A DNA stretch of 61,956 nt from Deltaproteobacteria bacterium (GCA_016218965.1 JACRCP010000146.1:1-61956); one strand, 5' to 3'; shown: positions 15,804 to 24,901, numbered from the stretch's first letter. The notes: a model not told the origin generated them from the sequence alone. Program-made: numbers and translations.

Positions 15804-17174
15804 TTACAGACTGACCGCTATGTCGAAATACACCGACGTGAAGTTGCTGGCCGTGTTCCGGTAGAACGGGTTGCCCGGGTACGTCGAGTCCGGCGTGAGC
15901 TGGGGCTGCAAGGTGTCGATCCCCACGTCGACCATGAGCCACTTGGTGATTGCGTAGTCGATCTCGACATTGAAGTCTATGCTGTCGCGGTGGCCGCGCG
16001 GCCCGCCGCCGGTCGGCTCGTACGTCCGGGCGTTGATGACCCAGAAGTACACTATGGCCGAGAGCTTCTCGGTGAAGGCGTATGACGCCGCAAAGATGTG
16101 CGCCATCTGGTAGTCGGGGTTGATCTCTCCGGTGTCTAGGTATTTGCCGTCGAGCACCCTGACGTTGAGCTCGCGCCCGCTCGCGTCGGTGTACGTGCCT
16201 CCCGAGCTCTCGACGTACTCGGCGGTAGTGTACTCGTGAAAGTACTTGTAGAACCTGAAGTCGTAGCCCACCGAGAGCTTGTCGTCGAAAAACGTGCGGC
16301 CTATGCCGAGATCGGCCATGCTGCTCAGGCGTAGTGTCGCGAACTGGCTCGCCTTGGAGGTGGGGAACGTGACCCGCGCCAGGCCCGAAAACTGTATCCC
16401 CGAGTGCTTCTCTTTGTAGAGGTTCGTGTGGACAAGCTCCAGGCGGAGGTCGCCGAACTGCGTTTCGCGCTTGGCGGTGGTCGAAATGCCGTTGGTGAGC
16501 TCCTTGATGAGGTCGAGCCTTGCGGAGATGGCGAACTCGTCGGTGATGTTGAGCTTTGGCAGGAGCTTGACGCTCATCGCATAGTAAGGAATGTCCGGGT
16601 TCACACCGGTCGTGTTGGTGTACGCTATGGTGCTTCCACCGTAGATGGGCTTCTTCTCGGCCTCGGGGGCCTTGAGCGGCTCGACTTCGACCTTGACGCC
16701 CTCGGCGCCGGGAAGCGGTGTGACGCCTTCGGCCGCGGCGGGCGCCGGCTCGGGTTTGGGCGGCGCGGGAAGGACCGCCGGGGCAACCTCGGCCGGCTTC
16801 TTCTCCTCGGGCTTCACGACGGGCGTGGGAGTCTCGGCGGGTTTTTTGTCCTCGGGTTTCACGACCGGCGCGGGTGGAGCCGCGGGAGCGGCCTCCGCGG
16901 GTTTCTTCTCTTCGGGCTTCACGACGGGTGTGGGAGCCGCCTCGACTGGTTTCTTTTCCTCTGGTTTCACGACCGGCGCCGGGGCGACCCCGGGGACGCC
17001 CCAGTCCTCCCGGTCCTCACCGCCCGCGGGTTTCGCCGCGGGCGCAGCTTCGGCCGGCTTCTTTTCTTCGGCCTTGGGAACGGGGGCGGGCTCGGCGGGC
17101 TTGTCCTGAGCAAACGCGCACGTTGCGGCAACAAGGACCGCCGCCGCCGCGATCGCGACCAACACACTTCTCAT
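15804..17174 (-). CDS. Outer-membrane beta-barrel-like protein with N-terminal Lys/Pro/Glu-rich tandem repeats
   Basis: Signal peptide MRSVLVAIAAAAVLVAATCAFAQ. 4-5 copies of VVKPEEKKPAEAAP. The C-terminal half has alternating hydrophobic/aromatic strands ending ..SVYFDIAVSL. The ORF-track N-terminus (to 17372) is a read-through of the tRNA gene. Confidence 0.75.
   Translation of the reverse strand: MRSVLVAIAAAAVLVAATCAFAQDKPAEPAPVPKAEEKKPAEAAPAAKPAGGEDREDWGVPGVAPAPVVKPEEKKPVEAAPTPVVKPEEKKPAEAAPAAPPAPVVKPEDKKPAETPTPVVKPEEKKPAEVAPAVLPAPPKPEPAPAAAEGVTPLPGAEGVKVEVEPLKAPEAEKKPIYGGSTIAYTNTTGVNPDIPYYAMSVKLLPKLNITDEFAISARLDLIKELTNGISTTAKRETQFGDLRLELVHTNLYKEKHSGIQFSGLARVTFPTSKASQFATLRLSSMADLGIGRTFFDDKLSVGYDFRFYKYFHEYTTAEYVESSGGTYTDASGRELNVRVLDGKYLDTGEINPDYQMAHIFAASYAFTEKLSAIVYFWVINARTYEPTGGGPRGHRDSIDFNVEIDYAITKWLMVDVGIDTLQPQLTPDSTYPGNPFYRNTASNFTSVYFDIAVSL
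16790..17085 (-). repeat. In-frame tandem coding repeats (about 48-57 nt period) encoding (P)VVKPEEKKPAEAAP units
   Basis: Plus-strand copies of yttyttytcctcgggyttcacgacsgg at about 16798, 16844, 16906 and 16952, and a related copy at about 17052. Confidence 0.8.
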
Positions 17175-17292
17175 CGTGTTTGCCTCCGGAATCGAGTTTT
17201 TGCCATCCGGAATACGCGGGGACCATATATCAAGGTCCCGGGGGCAGGCAAGCGGAATCTTGTGACCTTGCTCACGTATGCCAAAGATGTCA

Positions 17293-17378
17293 TGCCGGGG
17301 GCGGGGATCGAACCCGCATGCCCCTTGCGGGACCAGGGATTTTAAGTCCCTTGCGTCTGCCTGTTCCGCCACCCCGGC
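17293..17378 (-). tRNA. tRNA-Leu (anticodon UAA), class II with long variable arm
   Basis: Folded by hand: acceptor GCCGGGG/CCCCGGC, D-arm GCG..CGC, anticodon stem AGGGA/TCCCT with loop CTTAAAA (anticodon TAA), variable arm GGTCCCGCAAGGGGCAT, T-arm GCGGG-TTCGATC-CCCGC, discriminator A. CCA is not encoded. Confidence 0.93.
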
Positions 17379-17451
17379 GTCACCGTAGAAACCCCGGGCT
17401 TGTATCGTGTCCGCTCGGACGTGTCAAACTTCCGGGATTCGGACATCGTTT

Positions 17452-18537
17452 TCAACCCTCACCGATGCGCGTCCCTTGGCACGCGCGCCGAACAATGCGC
17501 TCGTCGACTGCCACGGTCCATTCGGCGCGGGAACGGGCCATTGCGCCGATCCGGCGCGGAAGCGACATCCGGATTTCGCCGCGCCTGCCTTTCTTGTCGA
17601 TTCGCATGGCCGCGAGCAGGTCGGCAACGCGAAGTTTTCGAGACGGCCCGAAACCGAGGCGGCAAAGAAGCGCCGCGAGGCGGTCAGAATCCGCCCGCGG
17701 GAAGCCGCATAGCCCGGTTGCGATCTCGGTTTCGACCAGCATGCCGGCCGCGACGGCGCGGCCGTGCGATATCGAGTAGCCCGAGGCGCGTTCGATGGCA
17801 TGTCCGACGGTGTGGCCGAAGTTGAGCACCGCTCGCCGCCCCTTTTCGCGCTCGTCTCTTGAAACGATGGCGGTCTTGATCTCGGCAGACCGGCGGATTG
17901 CGTGCGGGTCGATGGCCGACGGAGTCGAGATCGCGTCCGCGTTCCGTCCGAGCCACAAAAAGAACGACCGGTCGGCCACCACGGCGTGCTTGACCACCTC
18001 GGCCAGCCCGTTTTTCCATTCGTCGGGAGGCAGCGTCGCCAGAAAATCGGTGTCCGAAAGGACCGCCCGGGGCATGTGAAACGCGCCGACCAGGTTCTTC
18101 CCCTCCGAAGCATTGACGCCGGTCTTTCCGCCGATCGCCGCATCCACCATCGCCAAAAGCGTGGTCGGGACATACGCCGTGTCGACCCCGCGCATGTACG
18201 TCGCCGCGACAAACCCCGCGACGTCAAGAGAAATCCCCCCGCCGAGCGCAATGATGACCCCATCGCGCGGGAACCGCGCCGCAAGCAGGCGGTCCTCGAG
18301 CATCGCCTTGGTGCGTCGGGTCTTGTGTTTCTCGCCCGGCGCAAACCCAAGCAGGAGCGGCTCACCCGCGAGCGCCGCGACCTCGCGCCGAACCCGCGCG
18401 CCGAACAGCCGAATCACGGTGCGGTCACCGACTATCGCCGCCCGCGACCACCGCCGGTCCCAGACCTTTGGCAGATCGCGCAATGCCCCGGGGCCGAGGC
18501 GGATGGAGGTTTTCAAACCATGGCCGACGGCTCTCAT
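17452..18537 (-). CDS. aroB: 3-dehydroquinate synthase
   Basis: IALGGGISLDVAGFVAATYMRGVDTAYVPTTLLAMVDAAIGGKTGVN, LNFGHTVGHAIE and HGRAVAAGM are AroB signature blocks. Confidence 0.93.
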   Translation of the reverse strand: MRAVGHGLKTSIRLGPGALRDLPKVWDRRWSRAAIVGDRTVIRLFGARVRREVAALAGEPLLLGFAPGEKHKTRRTKAMLEDRLLAARFPRDGVIIALGGGISLDVAGFVAATYMRGVDTAYVPTTLLAMVDAAIGGKTGVNASEGKNLVGAFHMPRAVLSDTDFLATLPPDEWKNGLAEVVKHAVVADRSFFLWLGRNADAISTPSAIDPHAIRRSAEIKTAIVSRDEREKGRRAVLNFGHTVGHAIERASGYSISHGRAVAAGMLVETEIATGLCGFPRADSDRLAALLCRLGFGPSRKLRVADLLAAMRIDKKGRRGEIRMSLPRRIGAMARSRAEWTVAVDERIVRRACQGTRIGEG

Positions 18538-18646
18538 GCGGCCCTCCGACAGATGGCGGTCGTGGTGGAAGCAGTGGACAGGACAACCAACCCGCCCGTT
18601 GCTCGCTTGTTGCGACGATCTTCCGGGACGTCCGACTGATCGGCGT

Positions 18647-18843
18647 GCTGAAAGCGCAACAACTCTTCAGCCTGGGGCAACGCCCCAGGTGATCGTGCCG
18701 AATCGATGAGAAGCCCTGAAAGGGCGACACTCAAACGGCCGACACGACGCGCTTGTCGCGTTTCGCCCTTACAGGGCTCAAACTCGTTGAGGACCCCGGA
18801 CCCGGGGCGTTGCCCCGGGCTCAAGAGTTCGCGCGCCTTCAGC
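18647..18843. repeat. Nested-palindrome REP/MITE-like element (about 197 bp)
   Basis: Outer arms 18647-18689 (gctgaaagcgcaacaactcttcagcctggggcaacgccccagg) and 18801-18843 (its imperfect reverse complement). Inner arms agccctgaaagggcgacac (18712-18730) and gtttcgcccttacagggct (18760-18778). Each outer arm also holds its own 8-bp hairpin. Confidence 0.7.
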
Positions 18844-18876
18844 GCGCCGGATTCGTCAATCAACAAAAAGCGAAAA

Positions 18877-19641
18877 CTATTTCTTGCCGGGACCCGCATT
18901 CCGATCCTCGCACATCCGAGTCAACGTTTCCTCAAAGTGCGCCCACGGCCAGTCTGCAACGTACCAGGAATACTTTTCGTGCCCGTCCTCGATTTCAACA
19001 TGTTGGGCAGAAAGCGAAAACCAGCGTCTTGGTTTTCGAATCAGAAGAGGGTAGCGTTCGTTCATCGCCTGCTGCATCTTTTCGATGTCAACACGATCGG
19101 CTATGCCCCGGCGCGAAATTGAAACCGCGGGACCGGAGACTTTTCGGCCGCCATCTGACAATCTGAAATCCGCCGAAATGGTGAGATACGAAATGTGCTT
19201 GTCAGCGATGCACCATTGTTCGGTCTCCAGCATCCCCCTTTCTCGTGTCGAACCGGGGTTCAGTTCAACACACTCCTTCGGAAGGAACCGGCATGTCGTC
19301 ATCGAGTTTTTCGCACCCCAGTTTGCAGTCATCTTGCAACCGGGGTCCACATCCGGATAGTCGGACGAAATGATACTGACCAAATCCTCGTAGCTAAGCC
19401 CGGGAGCCATCCGGCCGATGCTCCGGGGGACATCCATGTAGTCCTTCCTTTTCTCGACACACACGGGCATCTCCGGCTGGTTGACTGGCGGCGACGCTGG
19501 TCGGTTCGAGCAAGACGCCCAAACGCAGACCAACGCCATCAAACTGGCTCTTCTGGCGAGACCGAACCCGAATCGGTTCCGCGAAATGGTCTCCCACGAT
19601 CGCCGTTGTTGTTCACGCAAACCCATTCCGCGTCGCCTCAT
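18877..19641 (-). CDS. Orphan putative lipoprotein in a visibly lower-GC patch
   Basis: RRASLMALVCVWASCSN lipobox-like signal. No recognisable domains. Codon and GC composition by eye are distinct from the neighbours. Start uncertain (ATG 19641 or 19626). Confidence 0.55.
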   Translation of the reverse strand: MRRRGMGLREQQRRSWETISRNRFGFGLARRASLMALVCVWASCSNRPASPPVNQPEMPVCVEKRKDYMDVPRSIGRMAPGLSYEDLVSIISSDYPDVDPGCKMTANWGAKNSMTTCRFLPKECVELNPGSTRERGMLETEQWCIADKHISYLTISADFRLSDGGRKVSGPAVSISRRGIADRVDIEKMQQAMNERYPLLIRKPRRWFSLSAQHVEIEDGHEKYSWYVADWPWAHFEETLTRMCEDRNAGPGKK

Positions 19642-19749
19642 GGGGGCCGGGGGTTTTGATTGAATCGCGTTCGTGCTTTCACAAACACCGCCAGGTCGAC
19701 AGTAAATCCGACGCCTTTTCATAAAGTTATCGTAAAGTGTTTCATTAAG

Positions 19750-20931
19750 TCAAAACCCCTCCCTCCCCCGCCTGTGCAGGCGCATGTGGCCTTTCTGGAT
19801 CCCTTCGGTCGATAGCGCGCGAAGGGCGGCGAGGTTGTTGGCGAGCCCCGCGGCCGCGGCGACCGCGGCGAGGTCCGACGAGGTCTTCGCGCCGGCGATT
19901 CTCACAGCGAGCCTCGCCACGGGATGGACGACCGTCATCCCGCCGACCGTGCCGACCGCCAGCGGCATCTCCAGTACTCCTTGGAGCACCCCGTCGCTCC
20001 CGCACCGCCAAATCGCCAGCGGCCTGTACCGCCCCCCGCGCGAGGCGTACGCGTGCGCGCCCGCCTCGACCGCGCGCCAGTCGTTGCCAGCGGCTAAAAC
20101 GACCGCGTCGACGCCGTTCATGATCCCCTTGTTGTGCGTTGCCGCCCGGTACGGGTCGAGCTCGGCAAAGCGCGAGGCCGCGACGATCCCGTCCCTTACC
20201 TCGCCACCGCCGAACCCCCCCATCGAAAGCGCCGAAACCGGAACGGCGACCTCGCACGTCACGAGTCGGCGATCCGCCAGATTCGAAAGGATGCACAGCC
20301 CTGCCCCGCCGCCCGTGAGCGCCTCGATCCGCGGCGCGATGGCTTCGCCCATCGTGTTGACGGCGTTCGCCCCCATCGCGTCGCGGACGTCCACGAGCAG
20401 GTGCACCACGAGGAACTTTTGGCCGGACGGCTGGCCCTCGATCTGCCGGACTTCTATGTCCACCGGCCCCCCGCCGCAGTCCGACAGTTTTGGGTCGGCG
20501 CCGCGCGCCGCGTCGAGGAGTGGCTTTTTCGCGGCAAGGATCTTTCGCTCCGCCTCTTCGAGATCGTCGGCGAACAGTTGAATCTGGCAGATCATGACCG
20601 GGTCGGCCGCGCGGACACGGAACCCGCCCCCCTCGCGGCAGATCCGCGCGGCGTTTGCCGCTGCGGCGACGACGGAGGCCTCCTCCGTGACCATTGGCAC
20701 AAGGGTCTCGCAGCCGTTTATTACGAAGTTCGGCGCCACGGAAAACGGCAGGGCGTCAACGCCCAGCACGTTCTCGATGAGATGGTCCGCCCAGTCAGCA
20801 TCCAGCGCGCCCCTCGCGACGACGCCCTCAACTACCGAGGGATCTTCTTCGATCCAGCGTGCGACTTCCGCGAGCCGCTCGCCGCGCGAAAGCCGGTGGA
20901 ACCCCGGAAGTCTTGAGCTTCGCTCAACCAT
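19750..20931 (-). CDS. mvaA: Class II hydroxymethylglutaryl-CoA reductase
   Basis: HLIENVLGVDALPFSVAPNFVINGCETLVPMVTEEASVVAAAANAA, DAMGANAVNTMGE and the C-terminal ..GIQKGHMRLH match class II HMGR blocks. ATG 20931. Confidence 0.92.
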   Translation of the reverse strand: MVERSSRLPGFHRLSRGERLAEVARWIEEDPSVVEGVVARGALDADWADHLIENVLGVDALPFSVAPNFVINGCETLVPMVTEEASVVAAAANAARICREGGGFRVRAADPVMICQIQLFADDLEEAERKILAAKKPLLDAARGADPKLSDCGGGPVDIEVRQIEGQPSGQKFLVVHLLVDVRDAMGANAVNTMGEAIAPRIEALTGGGAGLCILSNLADRRLVTCEVAVPVSALSMGGFGGGEVRDGIVAASRFAELDPYRAATHNKGIMNGVDAVVLAAGNDWRAVEAGAHAYASRGGRYRPLAIWRCGSDGVLQGVLEMPLAVGTVGGMTVVHPVARLAVRIAGAKTSSDLAAVAAAAGLANNLAALRALSTEGIQKGHMRLHRRGREGF

Positions 20932-21895
20932 CCCTGGCCTCCTCGTCGGCTGAAACGTCCACAACATGGACCCCGCGGACGGCGGGGTGCAACTCGAAAA
21001 CCCGGAACCCCGCGTCAACGACGGCGGCCCGAAACCGATGGGCGGCGTCCGCATCGGCAAACGCCGCCACGACAAAGTCCCCGCCTCCGGCGCCCGAAGG
21101 TTTTGCCGCACCGCCGAGCTCCCGGGCCATATGGATCACTTTCTCAATTGCAGTTGTGACGATCGGCACGCCCGCGCGCCTCCCGAGATCGTCCATGAGT
21201 TGCGCGTACTCGCGAAACGAGCCGATCACGCCGGCTGTCGGCGCGGCATTGCGCGAGACGAGCCGGCGCGCAACTGCGCCCATTTCCTCGACTATGCGCC
21301 GGTACGCGGTCGGTTCTTTTTCTTTCAATCCCCCGACCGCGTCGAGCGCATCGGAGGTCGAGGCCGATCGTCCAGTCCAGACGAACACGAGGCTCGTCTC
21401 CGCCGGAAAATCCCATCGGGTGATCGCCGGTCGATCGGGGCCGGTTGGATCGAAAACCACGAAACCGCCAAAGAGCGAGGCGGCCAGATCCGCGCCGCTC
21501 CCCTTTGCCTTTTGGAATCCGTCGTGAACGGCCTTGGCAACGCCCCACATCTCTCGCCTCGTCGCCGCGGCCTCGACGTCGCGCCCGGCCTTAAAAAAAA
21601 CCGACGCGACCGAGGCGACCGTGACGGCGGCACTGCTCCCCAGACCGAGCTTCTTCCTCCCGTCGAAAAACGCGGCCGAGTCGGCTTCGTACCCATTCCC
21701 GTCGGGCTCGATGCCCAGCGCGCGGGCCGCCGCGCTTCGAGCTGAAGCGATCAGCGGGGCAGATCGGCTGGAGATCGGGGATCGCCTCACTCGGGCGTAC
21801 CGGTCCACCGCCATCACGACCGCGGGGAACCCTTCGAGTACCGCGTACTCGCCGACGAGAAACAGTTTTCCGGGTGCAAGGACGCGCGTGGTCAC
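20924..21895 (-). CDS. mvaK2: Phosphomevalonate kinase (GHMP kinase, ERG8 type)
   Basis: VLAPGKLFLVGEYAVLEGFPAVVMAVDRY and the GHMP motif KKLGLGSSAAVTVA. The GTG start overlaps the mvaD stop (GTGA). Confidence 0.8.
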   Translation of the reverse strand: MTTRVLAPGKLFLVGEYAVLEGFPAVVMAVDRYARVRRSPISSRSAPLIASARSAAARALGIEPDGNGYEADSAAFFDGRKKLGLGSSAAVTVASVASVFFKAGRDVEAAATRREMWGVAKAVHDGFQKAKGSGADLAASLFGGFVVFDPTGPDRPAITRWDFPAETSLVFVWTGRSASTSDALDAVGGLKEKEPTAYRRIVEEMGAVARRLVSRNAAPTAGVIGSFREYAQLMDDLGRRAGVPIVTTAIEKVIHMARELGGAAKPSGAGGGDFVVAAFADADAAHRFRAAVVDAGFRVFELHPAVRGVHVVDVSADEEARDG

Positions 21896-22875
21896 GTGAG
21901 GATCTCCACGCCCGGCCCCGGCCGTTCGACGATGACGCGCTCGACCCCGTCGACCTTCGCGATCCGATCGGCGATTTCCGACGACTGCGCCGCGGGACAC
22001 AACACCTTGACGTGCGGCCCGGCGTCTATCGTAACGTAGGCGTCAAGGCCCGCATTCCGGAGGTCCCGGACGGTTCTGATGACCTCGACGGTCGCGCCGT
22101 TCCAGTACAGAATCGGCGGCGTCGCCGCCATCATGGAGGCGTGCATCTTGAAACAAGACGATTCGACAACGGCGCCGAGGCGCGCTATGCCCCGCGCGCG
22201 TATCGCATCGGCCGCCGCCTGCATGTCAGCCGCGTGCGTCTCGACCCACTGCCGGTAATATGGGGACGTCCCCTTCGTTCGTTCCATCCCCTCGGTCGAG
22301 CCTACCGCCTTTTCGGCCCGACCGTTGACGGCGACGAGAAGGCGCACGTCCCAGGCGTCGGGCGGAAGTATTTCGCGCGGCACGCAGTCCGACCCGTCGG
22401 CCAGGACGCCGGCCGGCAGTTCGACAAAACCTCCCAGGATGCTGCGCGGCGCCGAGCCGCTCCCGAGTCTCGCGAGCCGCGAAAGCTCCGAAACAGGCAG
22501 TTCGAGGCCCGCCGCGCGCGCCGCGGCCGCGGCGAGTGCCGCAAACCCCGAGGCCGAAGAGGCCAGCCCCGACGCAGTCGGGAAGTTGTTCTCGGTTCGC
22601 ACGGCGGCGCGGTGTCCGGCCCCGGCCGTCTGCCGCACCACGTCAAGAACCGCGCACACGCGCTCGCGCTCGCGTCCCTGCGCGGGCCGGCCGTTGATGA
22701 CAACAGTGTCTTCGGACAAGCGTGTGTCGAACCCGACTTCGGTCGTCGTGTGGAGCGACGATAGCGTCATGGAAATGCTGCCGACGGCCGGCAGGTTGAG
22801 CGCGCCGTCGCGTTTCCCCCAGTACTTGACCAGGGCTATGTTCGTGCGCGCGCGCGCCTTGGAAACGTGCATCAT
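21892..22875 (-). CDS. mvaD: Diphosphomevalonate decarboxylase
   Basis: ARTNIALVKYWGKRDGALNLPAVGSISMTL, TASGLASSASGFAAL and TIDAGPHVKVL are typical MvaD blocks. The ATG overlaps the mvk stop (ATGA). Confidence 0.9.
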   Translation of the reverse strand: MMHVSKARARTNIALVKYWGKRDGALNLPAVGSISMTLSSLHTTTEVGFDTRLSEDTVVINGRPAQGRERERVCAVLDVVRQTAGAGHRAAVRTENNFPTASGLASSASGFAALAAAAARAAGLELPVSELSRLARLGSGSAPRSILGGFVELPAGVLADGSDCVPREILPPDAWDVRLLVAVNGRAEKAVGSTEGMERTKGTSPYYRQWVETHAADMQAAADAIRARGIARLGAVVESSCFKMHASMMAATPPILYWNGATVEVIRTVRDLRNAGLDAYVTIDAGPHVKVLCPAAQSSEIADRIAKVDGVERVIVERPGPGVEILT

Positions 22876-23819
22876 CAGGGTATCCAGGCGTGGAAACCGG
22901 CGGCGCGCCAGGCGTCGAGCACTCGGTCTTTTTTTCCCGGCGCAAGTGCGATCACGCACCCGCCCCCGCCCGCGCCGGTGAGCTTTGCCGCCTCGGCCCC
23001 GGCGTCGAGCGCCAGGCGGACCATCGCGTCGATTTCGGGAATTGAAACCCCGAGGCCGGCGAGCACGGTTTGGTTCTCGCGCATGGCGCCGGCCAGCCCC
23101 GCGACATCGCCCTCGGAGATCGCGCGGGCGCCGCGAAGAACGCACTTGCCGATTCGATCGAAGATCGCCTCGGTTCCTTTGCGGTCGTCCTCCCACCTCC
23201 GTCTGACGCCGGCCACGACGTCGCGCGTCGCGCGCGGCACCCCCGTGTCGCCGATCACGAGCGGGATCGGACGACCGGGAAGGACGAGCGCCTCGGGGGT
23301 GACGGCCTGCGCCCCCGGCAGCCCGCCGGGAACGCCGTCCCAGCCGCCGCGCCTAAACAGGCACAACCCGCCGTACGTCGCGACGGTGTCGTCGATACCC
23401 GAGGGGTTCCCGTGAAAATGTTTCTCCAACTCGTGCGCCCGCGACCGCACCTCCTCGTCTGCGCAAGCGATCCCTTTCGCCGCCGCGATCGCCCGGACGA
23501 GGAGTACGGAGAGCGCCGCAGAGCTCCCGAGCCCCGCGCCGAAACGGATGGTCGAGCGAACCAGGATCTCGCACCCTCCATCACCATCCCCCAAACGTTT
23601 TTTGAGAAGCCTCAGGACCTCGCCAAGGACCGTGTCAGACGTGTCCGACCCGTCAGACTCTTCGATACCAGCGCAGAAAACGCGGACTCGGAAAGGACCG
23701 GGTCGCGAAATGCACGACTCAAGCACCAGCGCGCCCGGCAGGCCGACGGCCAGCGCCGGGCGGCCGTACACTACCGCGTGCTCGCCCAAAAGAATGACCT
23801 TTCCGAAAGCGGTCAGCAC
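22875..23819 (-). CDS. mvk: Mevalonate kinase
   Basis: FGKVILLGEHAVVYGRPALAV, the GHMP motif GAGLGSSAALSV and the C-terminal KLTGAGGGGCVIAL. GTG start. Confidence 0.88.
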   Translation of the reverse strand: MLTAFGKVILLGEHAVVYGRPALAVGLPGALVLESCISRPGPFRVRVFCAGIEESDGSDTSDTVLGEVLRLLKKRLGDGDGGCEILVRSTIRFGAGLGSSAALSVLLVRAIAAAKGIACADEEVRSRAHELEKHFHGNPSGIDDTVATYGGLCLFRRGGWDGVPGGLPGAQAVTPEALVLPGRPIPLVIGDTGVPRATRDVVAGVRRRWEDDRKGTEAIFDRIGKCVLRGARAISEGDVAGLAGAMRENQTVLAGLGVSIPEIDAMVRLALDAGAEAAKLTGAGGGGCVIALAPGKKDRVLDAWRAAGFHAWIP

Positions 23820-24901
23820 CCGCGATCACCTTCGCGCCGATGCGCGGCGCGCTGCCGCCGCCACTCGAGGAGATCTCCGGTGATGACGCGCGGAACCGCA
23901 CGGAGGTCCGAAAACGTGCGGCTGCCCGTCAAGACCATCGCGGCCTTGAGTCCTTCTTCGATCGACTGGAGCAAACGGTCAACCGACCGCGCGCCGCCCG
24001 AAAAATACGCCCGGATGACCGGCGCGGCCACGCCGGCAAGCGTCGCTCCAAGTGCGATCGCCGCCGCGGCGTCGAGCCCGGTCCTCAACCCGCCGGAACC
24101 GATGACATCGAGGCCCAGACCCTCGACCTCGGAAAGCGCCGCCGCGGTCGGGATCCCCCAGTCCCAAAATTCGGAGAAATCGGGTCCGCGACCGCGCCTG
24201 CGTCTCAGAACCTCGGCACCGACCCAGCTCGTCCCTCCCGCGCCCGCGACGTCGATGTGTCTTACACCCGCGTCCTTGAGCCTCTGCGCGGATTCGCGGC
24301 TCAGCCCCGCCCCGGTTTCCTTGACGATGACGGGGACGGGGAGTTCCCGCACGAGGGTCGCGACTGCATCAAGGACTCCGGAAAACGTCCGGTCGCCCTC
24401 GGGCTGGACCATCTCCTGCGCGGGGTTGAGGTGGATGCAGAGGGCATCGGCCCGGATCCGTTCGAGCATCTCGCGGATGCGGCCCGCCGGCGTCGCGGCC
24501 GCCTGCACCCCCCCGATGTTCCCGGCCAGGAATACGTCCGGCGCGGCCGACCGGACTTCATAGGTCGCCAGAAGACGCGGTTCCTCGAGCATCGCCCGCT
24601 GGCTCCCGAGGCCGAAACCGATGCCGTGAGCCTCGGCCACGCGGGCGAGCGTCTTGTTGATGGCCGCCGCCTTCGCCGTCCCCCCCGTCATGCCGGTTAT
24701 GAAAAACGGCGCGCGAAACGTGCGGCCCGCAAACGACGCCGAAATGTCTGCCTCGGCCAAGTCCATTTCTGGCAGGGCCTGATGGAGGAGCCGGACGCAC
24801 TCGAGCCACGTCGTTTGGCCGCGCGCCGAAACGCCCCTCCCGCGAAAAAGGTCCAGGTGGTCCTGCTTGCGCTTGCGGGTCCGTGTCCTGCCGTTTTTCA
24901 T
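23813..24901 (-). CDS. fni: Type 2 isopentenyl-diphosphate delta-isomerase (FMN-dependent)
   Basis: RKQDHLDL.., APFFITGMTGG, GIGFGLGSQRAM, VIVKETGAG and DVAGAGGTSW are IDI-2 signature blocks. The ATG overlaps the aroC stop (ATGA). Confidence 0.9.
   Translation of the reverse strand: MKNGRTRTRKRKQDHLDLFRGRGVSARGQTTWLECVRLLHQALPEMDLAEADISASFAGRTFRAPFFITGMTGGTAKAAAINKTLARVAEAHGIGFGLGSQRAMLEEPRLLATYEVRSAAPDVFLAGNIGGVQAAATPAGRIREMLERIRADALCIHLNPAQEMVQPEGDRTFSGVLDAVATLVRELPVPVIVKETGAGLSRESAQRLKDAGVRHIDVAGAGGTSWVGAEVLRRRRGRGPDFSEFWDWGIPTAAALSEVEGLGLDVIGSGGLRTGLDAAAAIALGATLAGVAAPVIRAYFSGGARSVDRLLQSIEEGLKAAMVLTGSRTFSDLRAVPRVITGDLLEWRRQRAAHRREGDRGC

Noticed and set aside
10409-17378. Treating the tRNA-Leu-adjacent envelope module as an integrated genomic island.
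   Set aside because: No integrase, no direct repeat of the tRNA 3' end and no obvious compositional shift. Only adjacency to a tRNA, which is insufficient.
18534-18899. 121-aa minus-strand ORF across the aroB-downstream spacer.
   Set aside because: It is a read-through of the nested palindromic repeat (translating to ..LSPGQRPG.. type repeat peptides). No RBS and no coding signature.
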